From Sphacelaria rigidula (taxonomy: Eukaryota), in the NCBI GenBank assembly GCA_964200075.2, contig CAXNAA020000019.1, positions 1 through 36,134 on the forward strand: DNA of 36,134 nt, given 5' to 3'. Numbering within the stretch: position 1 is the first letter of the stretch; each line of letters starts with the position of its first letter. The notes under the pieces were generated by a model. It was given only the letters and a program-made list of their open reading frames with translations, ran no database searches and was not told the origin of the DNA. This document shows, one piece after another, positions 12,101 to 23,600 of the stretch. Both the position numbers and the translations under genes were made by a program.

Positions 12101-15100
12101 TGTATGAAGCTTGCGCCAAAACTAGGACAGGAGCACACTATGACGCATATCTTGCCTATGCTGCTGGCATTCCTTCGAGACGAGTCTGCAGAGGTGGGTT
12201 TCGGGTAGCGCTGTGTCGTGTTGTTTGAGCTTTATGGGAGTATCAGAGGCACCGCGTTGTATTCTGTCGGCTCGGCCGGGATACCGTTGGCGCAGTGGTC
12301 TTGGAGGTGCATTACATTCAAAAGTGTGTCAAACTTCCTTGTTGAACTGCACCCACATTCCGCTCTGGCTTTTGCATGTATGCGTGCAGTTTTGGTTTGA
12401 CGGTAGGATAATATTCGAATGCAGCTCGTTTCTTCCCAACCCTTCAGAACCCGTAGCTCACGAGCAGCCGAAATAGGGTTTATTGGCTGACCACCAGTAA
12501 ATCGTCGCGCTTATCACCAGAACAATATTGAGGTTTCGAATAAGTGCTTCCGTCAAGCACGCCGCGTATCCGGCACAGAGTAATGTGTCATCCTATCCAT
12601 CTGTGTGTTGCGGACATGTCATCGACAAATACTGGTCGCACCACGAAGTCAGGACAGCACCGTCGCACTTGAAGATCCTGAGTACAAAGGAATCGTGAGC
12701 CCACAACAAGCCTAGCCTACTTACGCTACCTTTGCGACCCAAAGCCGTTCAGCCATGATAATAGATACCTATTTCTGTAATAAAGTCACTGACGATTTGT
12801 GCGAGTTCAAGTTAAATAGCAGGAACGCTCCTCACGGCGCCGCCACCACCGGCTGGTGTGGGTGGGTAAAAATTATGAAGTCATGGCTGCATCAGTCAGT
12901 CGTGGCGTGCTGGTATTTCCCGTCGTCTTCCTCGCTGTTGGTTGGGGTGTTCCTTACATGAATGGGTAAGGGGGAGCTGCACCAAAAGAAAAGGATCGGG
13001 GGAGGCCGATACTTTTTCAGATTCTATACGAAGAGAGCCATTTTTGCCCCTCAATGTCGGAACTGTTGGTATTCTTCAAGCTTTTGTAATGAAAAGCCGA
13101 TGCAACAATGATATCAGTCACCCGGGGATACTTTCTCCAACTAGCCGGCTAGTTTCTGTCTCTGGCCGCTAGTCGATCCACCCTCTGCCGATGTGATGGG
13201 TTCAGCCAAGAACCAATTGTTTCAAAAGTCACCGGGCAGTAAGGTCTCGAGCCTCAACAGGGTTGATGTATGGTGGCTGTGTTTGAAGCACATCCATTTC
13301 ATAAAGAAATGCCATCGTTTTTTCTCATCTAGGTTCGACTCCACATTCTGCTGCAGCTTGATGGATTGTCGGAGTGGATGCCGGCGATGGCAGAACAGGT
13401 GCGTGTCTGAACGACGAGTTCCGGGTATGATGGTACGCACCAGTATCATAACGACTTCACAAGTGGGATTCAAAATGTTCCGGGGTGTAGGCGAAAAACT
13501 TGTAATGGACGTGAAGAGATTGTCCACATATATAATGTGAACTATTGGAACCACGGATGATGCACACTATCTCGATTTTTTATGTAAGCCCAAATTGGGA
13601 GTACTTTAGATTCAAATCATTAAGCTGCCACGCAAAGCTGCCAGGCGTAATATAGGTCCTAACACCTGAAGGTGTTTCGAGTGTCGAGAGTTTGTCACGG
13701 GATTCAGCGCAAAAAAAGTACACTGTTCTTCACGAGTTGTGAGAGTTGAGCGCGAGTCAGGAAAATCGAAGTGACAGTGACTTTTAAAATGAGGCGAGTA
13801 ACTTTGGGGTTGCTTGAACCGCTCCACATCCCATGGGAAGGGTGTGGAGCAAAATTACTTCACTACATGAGTCATTTACGTACGTTGGATAACTCCTGCA
13901 GCTGCTGCAGAGTCGTTCAGAGCGCAATTGTGGCGATTTTCGCTGAAGGATGAATATTTGTTCAAGTCCGAAAGGCCGGTGCGGGGGCAGAGGAAGTAGA
14001 TGTGCCGTCCCTTGCCGACCTGGAGAAAAAGCGCCCCCCCGCCTTGTTTGTGGGCTTGTTTGTTCGTGTGCTCCAGGTTCTTCCGTTGGTGCTGGAATTG
14101 GGTCAAGACATCATCTGGCGGGTGCGAAGGGCGGTGATGGTCAGTGTTCCCCTCCTGACCGAGCGGATGGGCGTGAACTACTTCGAGGAAAATCTCCTGG
14201 AGCTATATTTGCAGGTATGCAGGGGTGGTGTGCGCAGGTATGCAGGGTTAGGTTCTCCAATGTGATCACAATGTTGAGTTTGTCTGAGCATGCCCGTATC
14301 CCGCAACCATGTTTGAACTCAGGCGTATCGGGACAGCGTCAACGAGGTGCGAGTGGGCGCATCAGAAGGATTACAGCGACTGTGCAAAGTCTGCGGTGCG
14401 GACTGGTTGCAAGAAAAGGTTCTCCCGCGTATCCATGGTTTCTACGATGATTCAACCTTCTACCTCATTCGGATCGCCATTCTTAATGCGCTTAAAAAGC
14501 TTGCGAACGGAGAGGTGAGGATGTTTTCGCGGTTTAGTGCACCAATTTGTTCGAAACCTCCAAGGGTAGGTCGAGTAGAGTTAACTCAATATTCAGCATT
14601 TTGGAAGAGTCATACTTATAGTACTGGAAGTTTGAGTAGAGTATTTCATGTACTCAACCTACTTTATTATTCGAGTAGAGTATTTGAGGCCGTACTCGAC
14701 GTACTCAAATTTTGAGTAGGATATTGAGGTCATGCTCTATACTCGAGTTTTACTAGAGTGCTTACTCAAAATTTGAGCCGAGAATTGAGGTCATATTGAA
14801 GTTATACTCTACTCAAGCATTACTGAGGGTGCTCACTCAATATATGAGTAGAGTATTTGAGTATTTTAGGCCGTACTCGAGTACTCAAAAATACATACTC
14901 TACTCGACCCATCCTTTGGAACCTCCAAGTACAAAGATTGGATTATTGAGTTGCTTCACGCCACAGTTTGTTGTCTCGACTGCGGCGTGTACAACATGCC
15001 TTTTTATTTTAGCCCTGACCGATGCAGACGCAAGCGGCTTGTCGCTTCACGTGGGTCAAGGTACGCCTGCATGCAGATGGAATGTTATCATCTCTTCTGG

Positions 15101-15689
15101 CACCTTTAGTCTGACATAAGCCATCTACATTGTACAAACCGGTGCGACGTGTTTTCAGGGAAGTGCGGCAAGCGTCCTGGTGTCGGATGTTCTGCAGTTG
15201 GTGCTGCGAGGAGCGCATGACACCATTCCTAATGTGCGCTTCACCGCTGTTCGTGCGCTGCAAGAGATGGCACCGCACTTGGACGCAGGGGCGGTCGATT
15301 CGCAGGTTGGTGTGGAGACGTCGAGGAACGATTTTTCACATTTTACCCCGCCCCAGGGACCTGCCTCTCTGGCCTTGCAGCTGCAAGCATCGGCCTTTTT
15401 CGAGTCTTCGAAAGCTGTGACTCTGTTCGCCCTGTTCGCCTTTTTCTCAGTAAAGACGCTGTATTAATAACGTTGGTGAACGCTACTGTGGCGTCGAATT
15501 GTCCCTTTTACTTTTGCGCCATCAAGAGAGCTTTTGCTCGTGCGATAATCACCTTACATGTGCCTCGTTTCGCATTATGCTTCTGCCGCTTCGTGTCAGG
15601 TTCGTCCGTGTTTGACGGAGTTGATGCAATCGGATCCAGATGACGACGTGAAGTTCTTCTCAGCGCAAGCCTTGGAGAGCATTCGTTAA
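9161..15689 (+). CDS. PP2AA: Protein phosphatase 2A scaffold (A/PR65) subunit, HEAT repeats; 5'-incomplete
   Basis: Exons 9161-9289, 9890-10099, 10682-10845, 11390-11528, 12074-12193, 13333-13398, 14077-14214, 14323-14514, 15159-15305 and 15600-15689 (TAA). All introns are GT-AG and in phase, giving 464 aa. Diagnostic motifs appear in order: GDWFTAKVSACGLF, DTPMVRRAVA, ASDDQDNVRLLAVE, EDRSWRVR, LLQDHETEVRAA, FLRDESAEVRL, WRVRRA, IPNVRF, DPDDDVKFFS. Confidence 0.95.
14561..14917. mobile_element. hAT-like MITE (357 bp) in a PP2A-A intron, interior made of TACTC(G/A)A / T(C/T)GAGTAGAG repeats
   Basis: Left TIR CAAGGGTAGGTCGAGTAGAG matches the reverse complement of the right end, AAAGGATGGGTCGAGTAGAG, at 17/20. 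The 8-bp flanks GAAACCTC (14553-14560) and GGAACCTC (14918-14925) match at 7/8. An 8-bp TSD is typical of hAT. Confidence 0.75.
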
Positions 15690-16109
15690 ATGGGTTCGGT
15701 AGCCACAGGGACCACGTGTTGTGTTTTGACCAGGATGCATCGATTCCTGGCGTGACGACTGACGAGCGCATTCCTGAGGCAACTTGCGGGGGGGGGTCGG
15801 GGAGCTATGTTGGAATATGAGTAGAAGTACGTCCTGGAGATATCGGGCGTCCACAGTTGCACTTGTGAAAATAGCATGAATTGACACCAGTTTGATGTGC
15901 GCTCAGTGTATAGCCATTTGGTTTCCTTGCCTGATCGTGTTTGCTTCACTTGTTGCGGGAAGTGGGCGACCCACGTATGTGTTGTGGAACATATTTCATG
16001 TAGATCAAAATCAACGTACGAAGTACTGGAGCGTAATTCTTACACTAAGCCTTCTGAACGATCCGACGAATCCACTGGATGTACATGAACATGCCGAACA
16101 GGATCTCCA

Positions 16110-17177
16110 TCAAACAGAGCTCTTGTTTTCATGGCCGAGTGCCGCTCCTTTCAATTTCCTGATCAGTGCAATGTCAGTGTCATCATCTGCGCTAATCAAG
16201 CTACGAGCGGAAGAATTCTTGCTTCGTCCACTGCGCCGAGCCCTCCTTTTTGTTCCCAATACTCGAGCGGGATCCGTCCTTCCACTCGTTTGGCTCTGCG
16301 CCGCACCGTGAGCTCTTGGTTCTGCACTCCAATCTCCATGATCACCTCCTTTGATGGTGCGGGTGTGTCGTCTTGCCCTCCCATCCCCAGTCTGTTCAGA
16401 CGTCTCATCTCCGACGAGGATATCACAGACGAGCTTGTCCTCTCCACTGTCAGACAATAAATCCAGGTCGTCTTCAACTGGCCGGCGGGTTATACGTAAG
16501 GAAGAGAGGGGTTTAAAGGAGAAAGCGCCAGTCCCACTTGTCGGCGAATGCGGAGTCCCTGTCGTAGGAGTTGCTGACTCGTGATACACCACGCGTGGCA
16601 GAGACGGAGAACGTGAAGTACTATCAAAGCTGCCAATTCCGTGTCTTACCAAGAACGAAGATGAAACCCGCCGGTACTTATCAGATGGAGAAACCAGTTC
16701 CTCCTCTGGCCGATCCTCCTCATCTGACCTATCGCTGTTCGACATGAATTGGTCATAGGTCATACCTGGACGTGAGCTCTCGCCCTCCGTGCTACCACCG
16801 ACTTCATGAACAAACAAGATGCGACCTAAGCCGGTCCATATGCTCGACAGCGGTGATGGGGCATACACTCGCACGCATTCTGCGAAGAGAGACGAACCAG
16901 CCAACACATGTCGACCAATCGGCCGTTGGGCTAAAGTCTTGTAAATGCGTGGTGGGCTCGCAGGGTAAAGGCCGTGCTGCTCGTCCACGCTGCTTGCTGT
17001 TTCCGACCCACGAGGACTGTTGTTAGACTTTCCGCCGACCCTGTCACGAAGATCCCCAGACAAGATTGGCGTATCCTCAGGCAAAAGTATTCCAGATGTT
17101 TGGAGGAAGAGTAGCAAAAAATGAGCGACAACAAAGTATAACCGCGGCCGTGGCTCTATCTTCCTGGAAGAGGCCAT
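16110..17177 (-). CDS. Hypothetical protein (355 aa from ATG 17177), N-terminal hydrophobic segment followed by an S/R/D/E-rich disordered body
   Basis: Uninterrupted ORF of more than 1 kb between two conserved genes. MASSRKIEPRPRLYFVVAHFLLLFLQTSG resembles a signal peptide or anchor. No domain recognised. Confidence 0.6.
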   Translation of the reverse strand: MASSRKIEPRPRLYFVVAHFLLLFLQTSGILLPEDTPILSGDLRDRVGGKSNNSPRGSETASSVDEQHGLYPASPPRIYKTLAQRPIGRHVLAGSSLFAECVRVYAPSPLSSIWTGLGRILFVHEVGGSTEGESSRPGMTYDQFMSNSDRSDEEDRPEEELVSPSDKYRRVSSSFLVRHGIGSFDSTSRSPSLPRVVYHESATPTTGTPHSPTSGTGAFSFKPLSSLRITRRPVEDDLDLLSDSGEDKLVCDILVGDETSEQTGDGRARRHTRTIKGGDHGDWSAEPRAHGAAQSQTSGRTDPARVLGTKRRARRSGRSKNSSARSLISADDDTDIALIRKLKGAALGHENKSSV

Positions 17178-17605
17178 TGTACCTGCTGTTGGGAGTGCTG
17201 TGCAGTATGGTGACTTTCGAATGATTTCTCTCATTATTGGCTATCACACTAGACTGAACAGCTAGTGGTCAGAGCCATGCGAGATTGACAGACAGGTAAT
17301 CCCGTACAACTCCACAGTACATTTTTATGGTTTAAAATAGTCTCAAGCAATGCTCGCTAAGTGGGCGTATACTTGACCATCACCCCGCATCAACTAGAAA
17401 TATAATAAGTACTGTATGCCACCGCATGCTCCAAGCATTGGGCGACAGTAGTACCCTACTGATGATCCCAGAAAAATGTGATATTTGGGCAATGACAAAT
17501 CAATGTATATAGATAGGAGTCTACTAATCGGTGCGGTTGCCGGTCACCGTAACAGGCCCGGACTCCCTTTTGTTGGGTTCTGAGGAGAGAGAGACAGCAG
17601 GAAAC
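17178..17605. promoter_or_regulatory. Probable shared bidirectional promoter and 5'UTR region
   Basis: Only 428 bp lie between the divergent ATGs of the orphan ORF and GCN1, and the region is more AT-rich than the flanking coding DNA. Positional inference only. Confidence 0.4.
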
Positions 17606-20600
17606 ATGGCGGCTGACCTGTCGTTGGTAGAAGCAGATGATTTGGTACGAGATGTTGCAATTGCTTTCGATAGTGCCAGTCTGCAGCGGAGAATTGCGGC
17701 TCTGAAGTTGCTGGTCGGCTGGCTGTCGTCTGCCACACCTTGCCAGCCGTTGGCCAAGCCACAGACAAGGGTCCTGGCCCGACTTCTACTGAGAGCATTG
17801 TGCAGCCCGCAGTACCTAGAGAGGGTGTGGATCAAAGGCTTGTACGAAGCCATTGCATCCGCTATAAACTCAGAGCGTTGTCCTTCGTTCCCTTCCATTG
17901 CTGTCGTCAACCTGGCGGGTGAGTGCTTCTCAGCATCACACATGTTGTAACCTGTCCTGTCCTGTAATCCGCCCATACTCCTGGTGTCGCTGACTGCATC
18001 TGTCAAAGTTCTGCGATTCACCACTGGAGTACATACACGAGCGTACCTCTTTGGTTATCCAGTGTATCCAAGTTACATTGCACACAACACTCGAAACCCT
18101 GTCCGCCTCGGCAGCGATCGATCGCTACTGCACCTTCGGACAAACCCGCGTGTAATGAACATGATATGTGAGACAATTTCGGGAAAATAGGCAGGATCAT
18201 TTTGTCAGTGTTAACCTCAATCTTGACCCTTTGAATGCCAGGATGGGTCATCTGGGTTGGGTACTCAGGTATCACGTCAAGAAGACGCCGATTCAACAAA
18301 ACTCCAACTCTGTGTCGGTGTTTGATCGTTACGGCGCCCAAGGCTTTCTGTTCCGAGAATACATCCTGACAGTCCCGCAATTTTTTGGAGGACGACTAAT
18401 CTATGCGATAATGGTTCTTTCATGGCGCTCGGGCTTTATCCTTTGGCTGCAAGGGAGGGCCATTCGTCGAATCGTCATCAATTTCACTTGAAAAACGCAT
18501 ATGATACCCAAGCTGCGCACCCTGGCGGTGAAAGGGTTGACCACTTCACACGTCGGACGAGTACGAGAGCGAGTCGTGGCACTCGCACTCGTTAGGCTGC
18601 TCGTTGGCCGTGAAGACTAATCGGGCGAGCACTCGAGTTATTGCTCGTCGTGGAAACAAACTAATAAGGCAAGCACTCAAGTCATGGCTTGTTGTGGAAA
18701 CAAACGTATAGGGCAAGCTCTCGAGTCATTGCTCGTTGTGGAAACAAACCAATAGGGCGAGCACTCGAACCATTGCTCGTTGTGGAAAAAATTGACCTCT
18801 CTGGGACCGGGCCTCCAGAACGACCAATGAGGCTGGTCAGGAATGACGTGTCTGGCGTCTGCACGAAACAGTGGCAGGTTGCTGAAAATACGCGTATGTA
18901 ACCACAGGGTTATGAGGAACACCGAAAGTTTTATCCAATCTATTTTCAGGTGCAGGGTGCGCATTAGGTAATGTATATGTGACGTAGCGAGCAGTATATG
19001 TCGCTGTCGAGAGCTTTTAACAGGATTTCGCCTCGCCGCGATTGGGCAGGTCGCTCCCTGACTTACTTTTTGTTTTTCCATTCACACATGGTCAACCCCG
19101 TGTTTGTGTGAGGTCGGTCCCAAAAGGAGTAATATCAATCGGGCGAGTACTCTAGCCGTTGCTCGTTGTGGATTTGATGCGGCAAGCACTCGAGTCATTG
19201 CTCGTTTTGGAAACAAACTAATAGAGCGAGCACTCGAGTCATCTCTCGTTGTGGAAAAAATTAATAGGGCGAGCACTCGAGTCATTGCTTGTTGTGGAAA
19301 CAAATTAATTGGGCGAGCACTGGAATCATAGCTCGTTGTGGAAATAAACTAATGAGGCGAGCACTCGAGCCATAGCTCGTTGTGGAAAATATTCAACTGG
19401 GCAAGCACTCGAGTCATCGCTCGTTGTGGGAAACATTCAATGTGGCAAGCACTCGAGTCATTGCTCGTTGTGGGAAACATTTAATGTGGCAAGCACTCGA
19501 ATCATTGCTCGCCATGGAAAAAAATAATAGGGCGAACACTCGAGCCACTGCTTATTGTGGAAAAAAATTAACAGGGCGAGCACTGGAGCCATTGCTTGTT
19601 GTGGAAACAAACTAGTAGGGCGAGCACCCGAGCCATTACTCGTAGTGGAAACAAACTAGTAGGGCGAGCACTCGAGCCATTGCTCGTTGTGGGAAAAGAG
19701 TAATGACTCGAGCACACGAGTCATGCTTCTTGTGTTTTCTAAAAACATCCACGAGTGCACTCGTGTCGACGAGTTATGACTCGCCCGACGTGTGGACCGT
19801 TTTAACGCCCACCGCCTGGCACTTAAATCTATCTGACAGCCCGGTGGAGGATGGCGATATTGTAGATGATGATTTTCTAGGACGTGAAGGCGTCCAACAA
19901 GATTTGGCGTCTTTATTATTTTGACCAGAAGTATCGTAGCAGGCTAACATGGTTGAGACGGCGGGTTGTGGTTTTCAGCCGTGTCTGCCTAAGAGCGTCA
20001 GCGAACAGCCGCGGATAGTAACTGGGGTTTGTAGGAAGGATAACCTCGCCACTGAGATCTCATACGTGTTGCTTGTGTGTGCCAACGTGTGTGTTCGTCC
20101 TGCTCAATCGGCTGGTGGGATTAGGCGGAAATCTTCCGCGAACCTCAGGCCCAAATCAAACAACACCCAACCACACCCGCACACCCGCCTGCAGTACATA
20201 CACCTCCGAGCACTGGGTGTAGTCACGGTAGATTCTTTACAAGACGTTGCCCCCCTGCCATTCCGCTGCCACAAGTCGGTTTGTGAAATATGTCTATCAT
20301 CCTTCGCGTAAGCAAACCAGTTGTCCAAGTTTACAAAAAATCGGCACCGTTTTTTTGTAAGCGTCACAGCATTTTTTTCTTTCTTTCGGCCTCGACGCTC
20401 GAAACAGACACGCTGCCGGAAAACATGCATTCCCGAAACCGTCCATTTACGTACTATGGTTTGATGCAGGTGTAGCGTCATCTGCCGGGGATATTGCAGG
20501 GCAAATGGCCGTTGTGCGCATTACCCTTGTGCTGATTCTGGCTGCAGTTCCCAAGGATGTCTCTGCAAGTATGCCCGATTGGATTGGGAAGCTCATTGTC

Positions 20601-23600
20601 CTCCAAGCTTGTGTTCTTGAGAGGATGGCACTGTGGGGCAAGGATGCGGCATTATCGAAAGCGGCCAAGATTATCGTGGGCGGTTTGAGGTCTCGACCAC
20701 ACTTGCTGGAAGTCTACCTCGACGTACTGGCTGCAGAGGATAAGAGTGGTGATTACGTGGTTGCACTCGGAGTTGTAACGGAGTACTGCCACGCTGTCCC
20801 ATCATATCATGATGGTGAGTCGATTTGATGGTCACCGTAGCCTACTGCAAAACTCACCACTTTATTCCCTAATATCGCAAAATCGACCGTTCAGCGCCGA
20901 TGCTGGTTGTTGCCATCACACTAGGCGCGCAATTTGAGGCGTATTAGTGCAAGTAAGCAACATAACGATCACCTTCAGTCTCAAGGTGTAGTTGGCTGGA
21001 CCTAAATCAGAATAAATAGTGCAGGCCGATTTTCGTCGCCGTGAAGTTGGGTCCTGCCTTGAAAGAGCCGCCTGCAAGTTTGGGAAAATTGTAGATATAT
21101 TTGACTGATGATAGCCCTGTGATGAGCTCTGGATAATGTTGAGGGACTGTCAGGAGGCAGGTGTCAGGGGCAATATTCGTTGCCAGCTGTTCGTGCGCTG
21201 CCACCCCACACGAGGTCATATGCAACGGCGCGTTCGCTGGCCTCCCGTTGTCAATTTCCCGTCATTTAGTGACTTCTGAGTACTGCTGACGCAATCATCG
21301 CAATCGATGGAGTTAAGGCGTCACGAAAATATGTTGTGCGTAACACAGAACCTTTCCCCTATACGCTGTTAGTCTTTGACAAGGGAAAAAACACCAAATT
21401 CGACAAGAAAATTCCAGCGGACATTAAATCATCCTCGGTCGAGACGAAGCACTTGATCGCGAAGCACTTCTTCCGAGTCAGCCCATATATGCATGTTCAG
21501 TACATTACATTGTCGACTTGGTTTCAGTACAGCATACGAATGCCCCTGCAAATTGATCACGGAATTTTTGCAGTCAAAGGGTTGACCCGCCGAAACTTTG
21601 ATGGGCATGTACGCGACGTTCCACCTACTACCGGTCGAACTTCACCCACCTGTCAGGGGGATATAAAGCGCGACTACTCGATGTGTACATCCGCGATGCG
21701 TTGTTGACCAAGGGCGGCTGCACCGAGCGATACAAGTTGGCGAGCTTCGCCCCACTGTTGAACTCGCTTACGGAGCATGACTTTTCTACCGTGCTTCTCC
21801 CGGTTCTTGAAAAGCTTCAGAAGAAAAACCCCGACAGCGTGCTGTCTGCAGTGGCGTTTTTCATGGAGCAAGTCTCCATCGACCTTAGCGGCTATCTCAG
21901 GAGCGTGTTCCTCCCGCCGCTTCTCAGACAGCTTCGTTCATCGAAAGAGCTTGTACGTTGCCTTGCTGTCGAGCTGACTGGAAATCTGGCCAAACGCTGC
22001 GGTGATCCTGAGGTACGTCGTGTGATGGCTATCCCAACGGTAACGCCGGCAGTCTTTCAGCCATTGCAATGACTGTGCCTCTGCCTTGAATTATCTACAT
22101 GTTACTACCTAGAGTACATTTTCTGCTATTTTCTGACAACGGCTAATCATCTCACGTGCGGCTGTTACATCAGGCTCTGGGCGCCCTAGTTTCCGAGCTC
22201 AGCGCCGTACTGGCTGGTAAATCGGGAGTGCTGGCCCAGTGGTATCAACGGCAGTCCCTGGTGATGGGACTCGAACGAGTCAGAGCAGGGATCGCATCAG
22301 CTGAGGTGCCGTCCCCCAATTCAGCTGAAGTTGCTACTCGTGTAATTGAATCACTTCTTCCTGTAGTGGAGAAGGAATCCCACGAGGATACCCGCTATGT
22401 GGCTCTTGGCTGCTTGGCACGTTGGGGTGCAATGCTTAATGTGATCCCGCCGAAACTCCTTCAATACTTGAAAAGTGGGCTTGGGGCTACCCCGAAAGCC
22501 ACAGCAACTGCGTGTGCAGCAGCAGTGTGTCAACTGAGCGATGGATCACACGTCTGTGCTCAACTTGCCCCTCTGCTGCCGGAGCTACTCAGTCGGGTTG
22601 ACGTGGCGGCACAGAAGTCGGCCGTGTTTCACCCTGATGCCATATACTGCGCCAAGGCGATACTGGAGATTGCAGCGGCGGACACAGCATGCGCGGACCA
22701 GATAAACGAAAAGTTTCCATGGCACGCCTTGGCGAACAAGGCATCATTTCTTTTCCCTGCCGGCATCCTAAGGCCCTACAGTGCCGATGTGCAGCTGGTT
22801 GGAAATGCTGCAGGCCCCTTGGCACCTCACACGTGCACGGCTCTCTGTCGCGTTGTACTGCTTGGAGCCAAGCGTATTGTTGCCGCATCTTCTCAACCTG
22901 GTAATTCTTGGAGCGTGCCTTCAAACCCCGTGTCAAGTGCATCGTGCTTGGCGTTAATGCAGTGTGCAGTGCTGCCGAACGTGGAAGTAAGACAGGCAGC
23001 CCTAGCTGCCGCTGTCGTTCTTCGCGATGATGTCAGCGATGTGCAGGTTCTCTTGCTGAAGGCATGCAAACAGGTGAAGGTTTTCCGCTGGCCCCAATCC
23101 GTCTGTATCTCCGCAGAACTTTATCGAATGCATGTACACTAGTTGCCGTGGTGCGTCGCCACTCTAAACTTACTTTCCGCAGACAGGCTTGCGGGTCGGT
23201 GCGATGAGTCATGTGTGAAGACAGTCGACGGCACGTGATGATCCACACAGACACAGACACCCACATTTTGCCTCTGCTCCTCCGGATAAAACATGTCAGC
23301 CACGTTCGCGTTTCGTCGATGTCCAAAGGTGGTTGAAGAAACGTCACAGGCCCAAGCCACTCTAAGCCCGGCCAAGGATGACGGAAGGATTATGTCTGCA
23401 CCTCCAAACCGCTTTGCCACGACTCTCTGCTGCGTTCTTGGAGACTCGGCCTTGGGAACCACGTTCGCTGCCGCGCTGCTGCTCGCTCATCATCCCGTAG
23501 TATGCCACTCAAGTAAAGGAGCACAATCCCTATGGAAAGGGATCTTGAAGCGGGCATTTGGGGGTGTAGAGGGAATCACCCGCCTCTTGCGAGAGGAAGA

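Larger units (their letters stand above)
18541..19801. mobile_element. Non-autonomous TIR element carrying a 44-bp tandem array; superfamily uncertain, possibly PIF/Harbinger-like
   Basis: CACACGTCGGACGAGT (18547-18562) matches the reverse complement of ACTCGCCCGACGTGTG (19779-19794) at 15/16. Exact termini and TSD are degenerate. Confidence 0.6.

Noticed and set aside
2900..15689. CoA-binding/PP2A-A fusion gene
   Set aside because: The donor at 3756 is phase 1 and the acceptor at 9160 is phase 0. An assembly gap lies between them.
16045..16110. 21-aa ORF coupled by TGATG to the orphan's stop (MEILFGMFMYIQWIRRIVQKA)
   Set aside because: It is too short to distinguish from chance, and translational coupling is not expected in a nuclear gene.
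18623..19696. CRISPR array
   Set aside because: The hairpin and GAAAC end resemble a direct repeat, but the linkers are only about 9 bp and related to one another, no cas genes are present, and the context is a eukaryotic intron.
21369..21585. Further piggyBac-like MITE ending GTCAAAGGG|TTGA
   Set aside because: The left end matches for only about 7 bp (CTTTGAC), so the boundaries cannot be supported.
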